Below, piece by piece: positions 32,514 to 42,638 of a stretch of 64,000 nucleotides of DNA. Under the pieces are notes generated by a model. It was not told where the DNA came from and searched no databases. It worked only from the letters and a program-made list of their open reading frames with translations. Numbering within the stretch: the stretch's first letter is position 1; every line of letters begins with the position of its first letter. The stretch is from Candidatus Marinacidobacterales bacterium (lineage in GTDB: Bacteria; Acidobacteriota; Vicinamibacteria; Marinacidobacterales; DATDRI01), in assembly GCA_965219415.1 (NCBI GenBank), contig OZ244742.1, forward strand, positions 224,001 to 288,000, read 5' to 3'. The position numbers and the translations under genes are program-made.

Positions 32514-32592
32514 GTTCCCGTTCCTGCCGGCCCGTCAGGGCCGCCGGCCGCGAGGAATTGCGCAGGCACAAAACCTAGGTTCCCGTTCCTGC
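32485..32592. repeat. Compound repeat: inverted 12-mer plus two 25-bp direct copies
   Basis: AGGAACGGGAAC (32485-32496) pairs with GTTCCCGTTCCT; ACAAAA(G/C)CTAGGTTCCCGTTCCTGC at 32503-32527 and 32568-32592. Confidence 0.8.
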
Positions 32593-32601
32593 AGCTTACC
32601 C

Positions 32602-33114
32602 ATGGCTATTAAACCCATTCTCAAGTACAGCGCTCCCGAGCTCGCAAAAGCCTCCAAGCCACTCGCGGAATTTCCGGACTCCCTCGAAGAGCTCGCGCAC
32701 GACATGGTGCAGACCATGTACGCGGCACCCGGCGTCGGGCTCGCGGCTCCACAAATCGGCCTCAACATCCGTCTCATGGTCATCGATACGTCGTCCGGCG
32801 AAGACCCCGAGGCGCTCGTTGTCATGGCCAACCCCGAGATATTGGAGCAGAAGGGCGAACAAAACGAAGAGGAAGGCTGTTTGTCTGTCCCCGGTTACCA
32901 CGGCGTGGTGGTGCGACCCGAATGGGTCAAGGTCAAGGGTCAAGACCTCAAAGGCAACGAGTTCACGAGGGAAGGCACGGAGCTTCTGGCGCGGGCCTTT
33001 TGCCATGAAATCGATCACCTCAACGGCAAGCTGTTCATTGAAAGACTCGGAGTCCTCAAACGAGATTTGATCAAGCGAAAGATCAAGAAGCAGATTCGCC
33101 AGGGCGCCTGGTAG
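32602..33114 (+). CDS. def: Peptide deformylase
   Basis: GVGLAAPQIG, EGCLS, HEIDHLNG. Confidence 0.97.
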   Translation: MAIKPILKYSAPELAKASKPLAEFPDSLEELAHDMVQTMYAAPGVGLAAPQIGLNIRLMVIDTSSGEDPEALVVMANPEILEQKGEQNEEEGCLSVPGYHGVVVRPEWVKVKGQDLKGNEFTREGTELLARAFCHEIDHLNGKLFIERLGVLKRDLIKRKIKKQIRQGAW

Positions 33115-33129
33115 CCCCTTAGGTTCTGC

Positions 33130-34062
33130 ATGAAGCTACTCTTCATGGGCTCCGGCCGCTTCGCCGTGCCCTCCCTCCGCGCCCTACTCGACTCCCCGCA
33201 CCAGGTCTTGGCTCTCTTCACACAACCCGACAAGCCGGCGGGGCGCGGCCATGAGCTTCGGTCGCCCGCGACTAGAGAGTTCGCTTTGGAAAAATCGGTT
33301 CCGGTGTATCAACTCAAGAAGGTTCGCGAACCGGAAACCGTCGCGTTGATTCAAAGCCTCACTCCCGATTGCATCGTGGTAGCGGCCTACGGTCAGATCA
33401 TTCCGAAGTCGATTCTCGATATTCCCAGCAAGGGCATCATTAATGTCCATGGCTCCATTTTGCCCACCTACCGAGGCGCGGCGCCCATCCAATGGGCCAT
33501 CGTTCGAGGGGAGACGGAGACCGGCATCACGACAATGCTCATGGACGAGGGGCTCGATACTGGAGCCATTCTTCTTCAAGAGAAGCTCTCCATCCAGCCG
33601 CACGACACCAGTCGAACCTTGGAAGACAAGCTCGCCCAAGTGGGCGCCGATCTCATCCTAGAAACACTCGGACGATGGGAAGCCGGAAGCATCGCACCGA
33701 TTCCGCAGGACAATGCGCGCGCCACGCTGGCGCCGCGCATCAAACAGGTCGACGCGTTAGTCAACTGGAATCAAACCGCCGTCGAGATCGAGCGCGCCCT
33801 CCGAGGGTTCATTCCGTGGCCGGTAGCGCACACCACCTTGGGCAGCAAGAAAATCAAGTTATGGAGCGCCGCGGTTGCGCCTTCAGGGGAAGGCGCAACG
33901 GGGGAAACAATTTCTATGGAGCCTGAAGGCATTCTCGTCGGGTGCGGCGGTGCAACACGACTGCTCCTGGTGGAGCTCCAAGCTGAGGGCAAGAAGCGTG
34001 TGGCGGCGGCGGCGTTCGCGCGAGGCCAACGTCTATCGTCCGGTGACCGGTGGGGCGAGTAA
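33130..34062 (+). CDS. fmt: Methionyl-tRNA formyltransferase
   Basis: TQPDKPAGRG, AYGQII, NVHGSILP.YRGAAPIQ, GLDTG. Confidence 0.96.
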   Translation: MKLLFMGSGRFAVPSLRALLDSPHQVLALFTQPDKPAGRGHELRSPATREFALEKSVPVYQLKKVREPETVALIQSLTPDCIVVAAYGQIIPKSILDIPSKGIINVHGSILPTYRGAAPIQWAIVRGETETGITTMLMDEGLDTGAILLQEKLSIQPHDTSRTLEDKLAQVGADLILETLGRWEAGSIAPIPQDNARATLAPRIKQVDALVNWNQTAVEIERALRGFIPWPVAHTTLGSKKIKLWSAAVAPSGEGATGETISMEPEGILVGCGGATRLLLVELQAEGKKRVAAAAFARGQRLSSGDRWGE

Positions 34063-34064
34063 CA

Positions 34065-34181
34065 TCAGGCCTCGAGGATCTTTCCCTTAACCAGCTCGGG
34101 ACCAGAAAGATCGGGCCCCATCGGGGCGGAGAAGTTCGGCAGCTTGATCCCCAAAAGGTCGCACACGCGCGTACGCAACAT
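34065..34181 (-). pseudogene. Remnant of nitronate monooxygenase (2-nitropropane dioxygenase) family gene
   Basis: SD GAAGGAG, then MLRTRVCDLLGIKLPNFSAPMGPDLSGPELV, then 7 codons and a stop; below the ORF-track cutoff. Confidence 0.7.
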
Positions 34182-34249
34182 GGTCTCCTTCCTTCCTCTG
34201 GGACACGGCACCTTGGTGTATTGCGCGCCGTGCTACATACTGACAGGCG

Positions 34250-35131
34250 ATGTGGAGAAGGGTCTATTGGCTCGGTGCAGCCATCGTCCTCGCGGCGATC
34301 GTTTCCTACGCGACTCTACTGCTGCGCGCACGTCTCGTGCCGGAGCACGCTTTTTTCGAATCGGAGGGACCGCTGGTCGTCGCGCATCGTGGCGGAAGCG
34401 CACTCTGGCCGGAAAACACCCTACGCGCTTTTCAAGCGGCGACGACTCTCGGTGTGGATGTTTTGGAAATGGACCTCCATAGTACGGCCGATGATGTTCT
34501 AGTTGTTTGCCACGACGCATCACTCGACCGAACCACCAATGGGGCCGGGGCCATCCGGGAACAGACGCACTCGAAGGTTCGGGCGCTCGACGCCGGCTAC
34601 CATTGGACGAACGACGGAGGCGCAAGCTACCCCTTCCGAGGTAAAGGCTTCCGCGTTCCAACCTTGGAAGAAGTGTTCCAACGATTTCCGCACATGAGGT
34701 TGAACGTCGAGATCAAACAAACCAGCCCTGCACTGGCTGCTCCACTTTGCCAAATGATCCGGGCCTACGGGATGGAAGAAAGGGTGCTGGTCGCGTCGTT
34801 CGAGCCTTCCACAATGAGAGACTTTCGCTCCAAATGTCCGGAAGTCGCGACCTCAGCCACCGCGCCGGAAATTCGAATGTTCATGTGGATGCGCAAACTC
34901 CGTTTAGGAAACCTCTATCGGGGCGCAGCGGAGGCCTTCGAGGTGCCGCCACGCCTCGGAGATCTCGAGATCGTGACACCACGATTCCTTCGCGAATCCC
35001 GAGGTCGGAACATTCGCGTTTACGTGTGGACGGTGAACGAAGAGAACCAAATGAGGCGGTTCGTCGATCTTGGAGTCGACGGCATCCTGACCGACAACCC
35101 CGACCAATTGTTAGACGTCCTCGGGCGCTGA
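34250..35131 (+). CDS. Glycerophosphodiester phosphodiesterase
   Basis: AHRG, PENT, EMD, HD..LDRTT, NVEIK, WTVN, GVDGILTD. Confidence 0.92.
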   Translation: MWRRVYWLGAAIVLAAIVSYATLLLRARLVPEHAFFESEGPLVVAHRGGSALWPENTLRAFQAATTLGVDVLEMDLHSTADDVLVVCHDASLDRTTNGAGAIREQTHSKVRALDAGYHWTNDGGASYPFRGKGFRVPTLEEVFQRFPHMRLNVEIKQTSPALAAPLCQMIRAYGMEERVLVASFEPSTMRDFRSKCPEVATSATAPEIRMFMWMRKLRLGNLYRGAAEAFEVPPRLGDLEIVTPRFLRESRGRNIRVYVWTVNEENQMRRFVDLGVDGILTDNPDQLLDVLGR

Positions 35132-35170
35132 GCGATAGCCTCTACGGAAGGAAGCGGTACACGCTGCTAG

Positions 35171-36888
35171 TCACGCCATCGTTTTGAGTATCTGTACGGT
35201 CTGGCTGGCACCGGCTGTTGGGGCTAGAGCGGTAGTCGCGACGCCCGAGACTACTTTGGTGATGTTGTCATCTACCTTGCCCGCTTGGCTCCAAGTGTCA
35301 CCGGTGGGAGCCGTGATGTAAATCGAGAAAGTATGGTGGCCCGTGCCGGGGCGTTCGCCGATGACGTGCAGGATGGCGCGGGGTTGCTGTAAGTCCGCGA
35401 ACAACGTTTCGCCGATGCGGTAGCCGGCTCGCACTCGTCCCGACGTGAGGACAATCTGTTCAGGGGCTGCTTGATAACCCTCACGGGCAAGTTCGTCGTG
35501 CAGCTTTTTAAGAAACGGCCCAAGATGACCTTCGTCCATGATCGCCAGCGCATTCAATCCGTCCGACAACACGAGCTGGACATTATAGCGGCCATCGTAC
35601 CGCTGGCGTAGCGCACGGAGATTCTCCACCGACGCATTTAGCAGTCGTTCGCCGGTTTCCGGGTGCAGGATGTAATCCGTGCGGTCGCCGGATCGGGTCG
35701 CCAGTCGGAAGACATCGGGGATGGCGGCGATGAAGGCCGGTTCGAGTTCGGTCCAAATGCTTTCCTTCGCATCGGCGTAGATGCGGTGTATGTCTCGTTC
35801 CAGCGCAGGTCCGAGTTGCCAAGATGTCCTTCCGTGGCCTTCGGCGATGAAAACCCCGCGGCTGCGCACGGCTTCGAGTTGCGACTTACCTTCCGCGAGG
35901 ATTTCATCGTCGCGGCGCGAATCGCCCTTCCTGCGATGATACTTTAGGAACACCCACAGCGGGTCGCCGAAGTGGTCGGTGGGACGACCGCTCGAGTCGA
36001 TCACTTCCAACTGCTGGAAGAATTGCCACATCCGATCATTCACTTTGTATCCGAACCGCTCCCGTAGGCGGACGTGATCCTGATAGCCCGTCGTAAGGTA
36101 ACCCAGCATGGGATCGATCTTGGTGGGCAGGGCCATCAGGTATGCGGGGTTGGCAGGCATGACTTCGGCGAGACACCAGTCGAGATCGTCGAGCGAGATG
36201 TCCATGTGCAACGTCGCGCAGACGTCCAGCCCAATGCACAGGCCGTGCAGCTTGCCCATGACGACGTCTTCCAGACAACATCGCACCAACTGTTCGCGCG
36301 TGCGGAAGACCTCCGGGCCAATGAATCCGGCCACGTCGTTTAAATGCACCCAGGGTCGGAACGGGCTGCCCTCGCGAGCCTGTGCCTCCGCCACCTTCTG
36401 CGTCAGGGCCCGCGCGAAACCATACTTGCGCGACTCGTGAATCACCATGTCATAGTCGTGGCTGTGGCCGTTGGTGAAATCGGCGCCTTGACCGGTCTCG
36501 AAGTACAGTCCAAAACGTCCCGTTCGCGTGTCCGCGTATTTCAGCATCTTTTCCAAGCTGATGTCGAAGGTCGCGTTGCTCGTGTCGCTGCCGGCGATGC
36601 TTTGAAACCACAACGCGGTGCTGCCGGGCCGTTCCCGTTCGACTTCGGCTTGTACGTCGATATGTGACAGCACGCAATGCGGCATCGCTTCGTCAATCTC
36701 GAAGGTGACAAGCAGATCCTGCAGCGTCTGCTGGATCGCCTCGACGGATCGCGGGGTTCACTGGAGACGGGATTGGTGCCGAGTACCACGTCGCCCACCG
36801 CGTAGGCCCAGCCGTCGAAGACTTGCCAACGAATGTCGTCGACGTTGTCGGTCGGTGAGTTCGGTTGGATGCGGGCGCCCAGATAGCC
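35171..36888 (-). pseudogene. eutB: Fused ethanolamine ammonia-lyase EutB-EutC, N-terminally truncated and frameshifted
   Basis: ARIQPNSPTD, GDVVLGTNP, YFETGQG, VAGFIGPE, LED..MGKL; EutC motifs SDGLN, GRV, IGERPG; frameshift near 36752. Confidence 0.8.
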
Positions 36889-37313
36889 TCTGGCCCCATC
36901 ATAGTTGGGCTCATACTTCGGTAGCTCCGCAGCGCGCGAGAAATAGACTTCGACGTTAGGGTCTCGTTCGGTGAATATCATTTCCAGAGGCGCGATGAGC
37001 GGGCTCAACTCGTCAACGGCTCGACGCAACGCATTACGGTCGTCCTCGCTTGGCCTGCCGAGCGTCCTAATGCGAAGCGGCACATTCCATTTGCGGATGT
37101 GGTAACGATTGCCGCTTTCTCGGCGGAAGGCCACATTCAGGAAGTATTGTATGGTCCTCTCTGGAAATGCATCGCGCGCACCGTTTCGTACTTTCGTCTG
37201 TCAGGGTGAAACGATTCGCCGGTAATCTCGGGGCCTGAAGGATAGAGAAACTCTAGAGCGACGAAAGAGAGCAGCAAAACAGCGAGGAGGGCTTGGGCCG
37301 CGTTCCTTTTCAT
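36883..37313 (-). pseudogene. N-terminal remnant of DUF2927-like exported protein, fused in frame to eutBC
   Basis: Signal-like MKRNAAQALLAVLLLS; YFLNVAF..E....IRKW..P.RI...G.P; frameshift near 37180. Confidence 0.55.
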
Positions 37314-37505
37314 CGTGAGTGCAGGTGGGCTCGTAATGCAAGCTCTTGTTCCTTTATTCCCACACCCCGGTAAAGACTGTGGGCGTCAAGGAATGTCGTG
37401 CCACTATTCATTGAGTCAGACGCCGGGTGAGGGGGTCAGACAAGCCGGGGAAACCCTTGGCGCTGCGCGGCGGCGCGGTGCTTATCGAGATGAGTTGGAA
37501 CGGCA

Positions 37506-40027
37506 CTAGGCGTCGTCCTTCGCCTCCTCGTCCTTCGCTTCGTCACCGTTCTCGCCCTCTCGGTCGTCCTTATTCGCCTCTTCGTCACGCCCCTTTGCCT
37601 GCAGCTCCTTGATTCCCTTGGTCATTTCTCGCAGTCGGGACTCGACTCGTCCGTAGACGGAATCCTCCGGGAACAAGCCCTTCTCGTCCCGCTCTCCCGC
37701 CGGCACTCCGCCAAGTATCTCGATCCCTTCCTCGATCGTGCGAACCGGGTACACGTGGAACTTACCGGTTTCGATGGCCTCGACCAAATCCTTCCGCAAC
37801 ATTAGATCGTTGACGTTCGAGGCGGGAATAAGAACGCCCTGCGTTCCGGTGAGGCCGTTGATGCGGCACACGTCGAAGAAACCCTCCACCTTCTGGTTCA
37901 CACCACCAATGGCCTGCACTTCGCCCTTCTGGTTCACCGAGCCCGTGACGGCAAGGTCCTGACGGAGCGGAATCTCGGACAGTGAGGAAAGAAGCGCATA
38001 GAGCTCGGTGGAAGAGGTGCTGTCTCCATCCACACCGCTGTAGCTTTGCTCGAAGGCCACGCTCGCCGAAAGGCTAAGCGGGCGGCGGTGCGCAAACTTG
38101 GCTCGGAAATAGCCGGCCAAGATGAGCATGCCCTTGTTGTGGGTTCGGCCGGAAAGGTCGGCCTCGCGCTCGGTATTGATGATGCCCCCGCGGCCAGTCG
38201 CCACTGCGGCGGTGATCTTGGTGGGGTTCCCGAATCGGTAGTCACCGGGGTCGTAAACGGACAATCCGTTCAATTGTCCGACGCGGTCTCCGTCAATATC
38301 GATCATGAGTATCCCGTCGCGGATCAGTTCGCGGATCTTCGTCTCCATGAGACTCAAACGATCGATACGCTCTCCAACGGCTCGATCGACGTGCTGTTGC
38401 CGAACCACCTCGCTGCCCCCCTCGTGCGCCCAAAAACCCGACTCACGGATCACGTCCGCGACGTCGCTGAAACGGGTGCTCAATTTGTTCTGGCGGCCGG
38501 CGAGCCGAACGCCCTGCTCCACCACCGCCGCTACCGCGCTCCGATCGAAGGGAAGGATTTGCTCCTTCTCGGCCATCCTCGCCACGAACTCCGCGTAGCG
38601 CTGCACCGCCTTGTCGTCACGCTCCATGACCGTATCGAAGTCGGCCTTTGATCTTGAAGATTTTTCGAAAGTCCGGATCCAAGGAATAGAGGGCCTGGTA
38701 AGAATGCGCGTCCCCCAGTAGCAGTACCTTCACGTCCACCTCGATCGGCTCCGGTTTCATCGCCGTCGCGGCGAAAAACATCGGGTCGTATCCCTGAATG
38801 TCGACCTGATCATGTTTGAGGGTACGCTTCATCGATTGGTAGACACCGGGTTCGGAAAGCATGTCGAGCAGCGATATGACAAGATAGCCGCCGTCGGCGA
38901 GGAGAAGACCTCCGCCTTGATGCGCGTAAAATCAGTTTGCGACTGCCCTGCACGATCCCAACTGCGCTCGATAGTACCGAAGAGGTTACGGTACGTGGGG
39001 TGGTTCTCGATCACGATGGGCGCCCGCTTGGCTGCGGAGTTATCGACCAATAAATTGACGCGATACTCGAGGTAACGATCTCGCTGCCCCTGTAGCAGGC
39101 TGGCCAACTCAAGTTGTTTGCTTCCCTCCCCGTCGTCACGTTGTACGAAACTCTCGAGATTCTCGAGCAAGTGGTGGCGCACGTTTTCCAAGTAAGCATG
39201 AACCGTTTCGCCCTCGTATTTCGTTTTCAACTCGTCGATCCGAGGCGTCACGAGCTCGAATCCGAATCCGAAAATCAGAGCCTTGAAGGCTTCGCCAATC
39301 TGTTTTTCTATCTCTCTCGCCTGCTTCAGGACGTCTTCCAGTTCCTCCCCCAGCGTTTCCTGCGCCTTTTCGATTCGCTCGAACTCCTCTCGGGCCAAAT
39401 TCCCCTGCGCCAACATCTTTTCGAGCTCTGCTGCAGAGCGCGGCTTTCCTTCGACCAAGGGAGCGATTTCCGTCTTGTTCATGGGCCCGAACCGAATCTC
39501 GACGAGGACGAAGTTCTCCTTTTTGATGCGCTCTTCGAACTCCCGGATGAGCTCCCGCCCCTTTTTGGCCTTCCGTCTCCATCATTTGGTTGCGCCGCGT
39601 TTGGAACTCCTCCGACTCGAGCACCGCCGGCACTGTCCGGTCCAAGTACTCGATGAGATCGCCCATGTCCCTGCGCAACGAGGCGCCCTTGCCAGCCGGG
39701 AGGTAGAGGATCAACGGCCGGTCGGCGTTGTCGAAGTTGTGCACGTAGCACTTGTCCCCAGGAATGTTGGAACCGGTCGCCACCTGCTCGAGGATGCACT
39801 CCACGGTCGTTTCTTTGCCTGTGCCGGTGAGACCTTGGACGTAAATGTTGTAGCCGCGCGAGGGGACGGATAGTCCCAGTTTGATGGCTTTGATGGCTCG
39901 TTCCTGGCCGATGATATCCGTGGCACAGGGGACGTCTTTAGTCGTCTGGAAGCGGAAGGTCTTCCGGATCACACCGCCAGCGCAGCTTCTCGATGGGAAC
40001 TTCAGGGAAAGATCTCTGCTCCGGCAT
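37506..40027 (-). pseudogene. LonC/YcbZ-type (AAA_32 plus Lon_C) protease with four frameshifts
   Basis: LRWRCDP, IIGQERA, GYNIYVQG..GTGK, HPTYRNLFG, ADGGYL, FEQSY.GVDGDS, GGVNQKVEGFF spread over five frame segments. Confidence 0.85.
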
Positions 40028-40149
40028 CCCCTCATCCTCCTTTACTAAGTTGGGGAACGATATGCTAGCACCTGCGCCCAGGTTTGAATAGACTCCTAGG
40101 GCACTAGCACTGGAGTCTCGGGCCCGCGGCATCTCGCCCGAACGACAAC

Positions 40150-41505
40150 ATGAAGAGAGAAAAAGACCCACGTGATCCGTCGCCCGCCCGCTCGGCGGCC
40201 TTTAGCATCTTGACCGACGTCGCGCGGAAACGCGCCGCACCGAGCGCCCTCCTGCACGAAGGTCCTTCCCGGGCGCTAAGCCCCGCCGACACCGATCTGC
40301 TCACCGAGCTCGTTTACGGAGTTCTCCGCTGGCAATCCTTGCTCGACCACATCATCGAGTTTCATGCACGCCGGCCCAGTTCCAACATCGATCGTCCTCT
40401 CCTCATCGCTCTTCGTATCGGCCTGTATCAGATCCGTTTTTTGAGCCGAGTGCCAGAGCGGGCCGCGGTCGACGAGGCCGTGAAATTGGCGCACGCCTTC
40501 GGGTCGGGTGGAGGCTCGAAGCTCGCAAACGCGGTGCTGCGAAGTATCTGCCGCGGACGCGACAAGCCGCAGTTGCCGCGCAAGCAAGACGACGCACTTC
40601 GTTACCTCGCGGTGACTCTGTCGCATCCACCGTGGCTCGCTCAGCGTTACTTGTCGCGTCTCGGGCTCGATAGAGCGGAGGCCCTCTGCCTTCGCAATAA
40701 TCGTCGCCCGCCCACCGACCTGCGTGTCGAGCCAGCCTTTGATCTCGAAACGGCACAGGTGGCGCTGGGCCAAGAAGGGATCACCACCTCTCGCTTCCCG
40801 ATTGCGCCTCGCTGCCTGAGGGTTAGCTCGGGCAAAGCGACGGCGAGCAAGCTCTATTCGACAGGGGCAGTCTTTATCCAAGAGGCGGGCTCCCAACTCA
40901 TTCCGTATCTCCTTGGTGCCGAGCTCGGTGCCCACACTCTGGACGCCTGCGCCGCGCCGGGCGCGAAAGCCACCGAGGTCGCACCTTGGGTAAGACCCGG
41001 CCTGTTGTTCGCCGTCGACCAGCGGCCCACCCGCCTGCGACTCTTGACTTCGCTCGCACGACGCTTGGGGTCGCCGAACTTGGTTCCGATCGTCGCCGAT
41101 TCCCGTTCTTTACCGTTCCACAATTTTTTCGAACGCATTCTGCTCGACGCGCCCTGCTCGAGCGTCGGAACCTTGGCACGCAATCCCGACATCAAGTGGC
41201 GCCTGCAGGAGACAGACCTGAGGTCGCACGCCGCGACGCAGGGTCAGTTGCTCGACTCCTGTGCCGCGCAGCTCGGCCCCGGAGGAAGAATCGTCTACGC
41301 CACGTGCTCGACTGAACCCGAAGAGAACGAAGAGGTCATCGAGAGCTTTCTGTCACGCCACGCCGGTTTCATCGCTGCCGAGCCTCCTGCGACGTTGCCC
41401 CGCGAGGCGCGCCACTTGATTGGGCCAGACCAAGCATTGAGGACAGAACCGGGAAGAGACAACGTGGACGGCTACTACGCCATCGCCCTTACAAAAACCG
41501 CGTAA
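40150..41505 (+). CDS. rsmB: 16S rRNA m5C967 methyltransferase
   Basis: NusB-like N-terminus, SHP.WL, DACAAPG.K, DAPCS, YATCS. Confidence 0.93.
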   Translation: MKREKDPRDPSPARSAAFSILTDVARKRAAPSALLHEGPSRALSPADTDLLTELVYGVLRWQSLLDHIIEFHARRPSSNIDRPLLIALRIGLYQIRFLSRVPERAAVDEAVKLAHAFGSGGGSKLANAVLRSICRGRDKPQLPRKQDDALRYLAVTLSHPPWLAQRYLSRLGLDRAEALCLRNNRRPPTDLRVEPAFDLETAQVALGQEGITTSRFPIAPRCLRVSSGKATASKLYSTGAVFIQEAGSQLIPYLLGAELGAHTLDACAAPGAKATEVAPWVRPGLLFAVDQRPTRLRLLTSLARRLGSPNLVPIVADSRSLPFHNFFERILLDAPCSSVGTLARNPDIKWRLQETDLRSHAATQGQLLDSCAAQLGPGGRIVYATCSTEPEENEEVIESFLSRHAGFIAAEPPATLPREARHLIGPDQALRTEPGRDNVDGYYAIALTKTA

Positions 41506-41622
41506 GCGGACGCTGGCGGCAAATCAAAACCGCCGCCTGGCCACCGCCGTCTCGCCACGTTTTTCTTTGGCACAGCGTATTTTGACGGCCAAACACCTGC
41601 ACGAGAAAGCATGAGTCTAACC

Positions 41623-41676
41623 CTGTCCATGCTGTCCATGCTGTCCATCCTGTCTAATGTCTTTGACTTTGACTTC
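41623..41676. repeat. Short tandem repeats CTGTCCAT(G/C) x3 plus degenerate copy, then TTTGAC x2
   Basis: CTGTCCATG CTGTCCATG CTGTCCATC CTGTCTAATG. Confidence 0.75.
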
Positions 41677-41757
41677 GAAGTGGTTTCAGCGGACGCGCGG
41701 GCCAAGTTAGAATGGAGAGGTGCTGAAAACGCTAAACGGGAGGAGCCTGGAACGCGA

Positions 41758-42582
41758 ATGGTAAGAGGAGCGGGGGCATCGGCCTCGCCCGGGCCAAACA
41801 TACCGCGTCGGGGACGCGTCAACGGCCTCCTGCCCTGGAAGCCGGAGAGCCGTTTCGGCGCAGCGATTGTAAAGTGGGCGGAGTACGTCTTGATCGGGGC
41901 CGCCCTCGTGGCAAGCGGGCTCGTCTCCGCGTTCGTAACTTTCACGTTCGCGGTCCGCGGCAACGAGATCACGGTTCCCAACTTTATTGGTGCCGCGCTC
42001 TCGGATGCCGGACCACTATTGGTGAACGCCGAGCTGAATCTCAGGCACGAGGGAAATCGCTTCCACCCTGACTTCCCCGCCGACCTCATCGTGCACCAAC
42101 TGCCCCCGCCGAGCACCAAGCTAAAGAAAGGTCGCACAGTCAAAGTGTGGGTCAGCCTCGGCCCAGAGCGGAGAGTGGTCCCGCGCGTCGAGGGAGAGTC
42201 CCTGCAATCGGCTCAGATCCTTCTCGAACAGGACGGTTTCGCCCTCGGACGAGTCGTGAGGGTTCACAGTGAAGTGTACGGAACCGACACCGTCATCGCA
42301 CAGAATCCGCCCGCCTACGAAGAAGCGGGTGACGCAACCGAGGTCTCCGTCCTCCTTTCCCGCGGGTACCGCGGCGCCGCTTATGTCATGCCGGACTTTA
42401 TCGGTCGTGAGCTTTCTGCAATTTTGGACCGTGTCCGACGAGGCAGCCTTCGCATCGGCAGCATCCGATACGTCGACTACCCGGGCGTCCGCAAGGGGGT
42501 GGTCGTCAGACAAACTCCCGGGGCCGGTACGAAAGTGCACTCTCGAGACCGCATCGTACTGTACGTGAGCAAAGGCTCCTGA
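41758..42582 (+). CDS. PASTA domain-containing membrane protein
   Basis: One TM then three PASTA repeats (VPNFIG, VPRVEG, MPDFIG; Q.P); start codon uncertain. Confidence 0.85.
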   Translation: MVRGAGASASPGPNIPRRGRVNGLLPWKPESRFGAAIVKWAEYVLIGAALVASGLVSAFVTFTFAVRGNEITVPNFIGAALSDAGPLLVNAELNLRHEGNRFHPDFPADLIVHQLPPPSTKLKKGRTVKVWVSLGPERRVVPRVEGESLQSAQILLEQDGFALGRVVRVHSEVYGTDTVIAQNPPAYEEAGDATEVSVLLSRGYRGAAYVMPDFIGRELSAILDRVRRGSLRIGSIRYVDYPGVRKGVVVRQTPGAGTKVHSRDRIVLYVSKGS

Positions 42583-42638
42583 CGTTGTCTCTAGCCGAGC
42601 CCCGGCGTCCGCCCAGTGACTATCCATTCGGAAGGGCC

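Noticed and set aside
32503-32592. Mini CRISPR array (25-bp repeats, 40-bp spacer)
   Set aside because: Only two copies, overlapping a coding end, with an inverted partner upstream and no cas genes
40065-40111. CIRCE upstream of the Lon-like gene
   Set aside because: Two CTAGCAC half-site-like words are in direct orientation 39 bp apart, not an inverted pair with a 9-bp spacer
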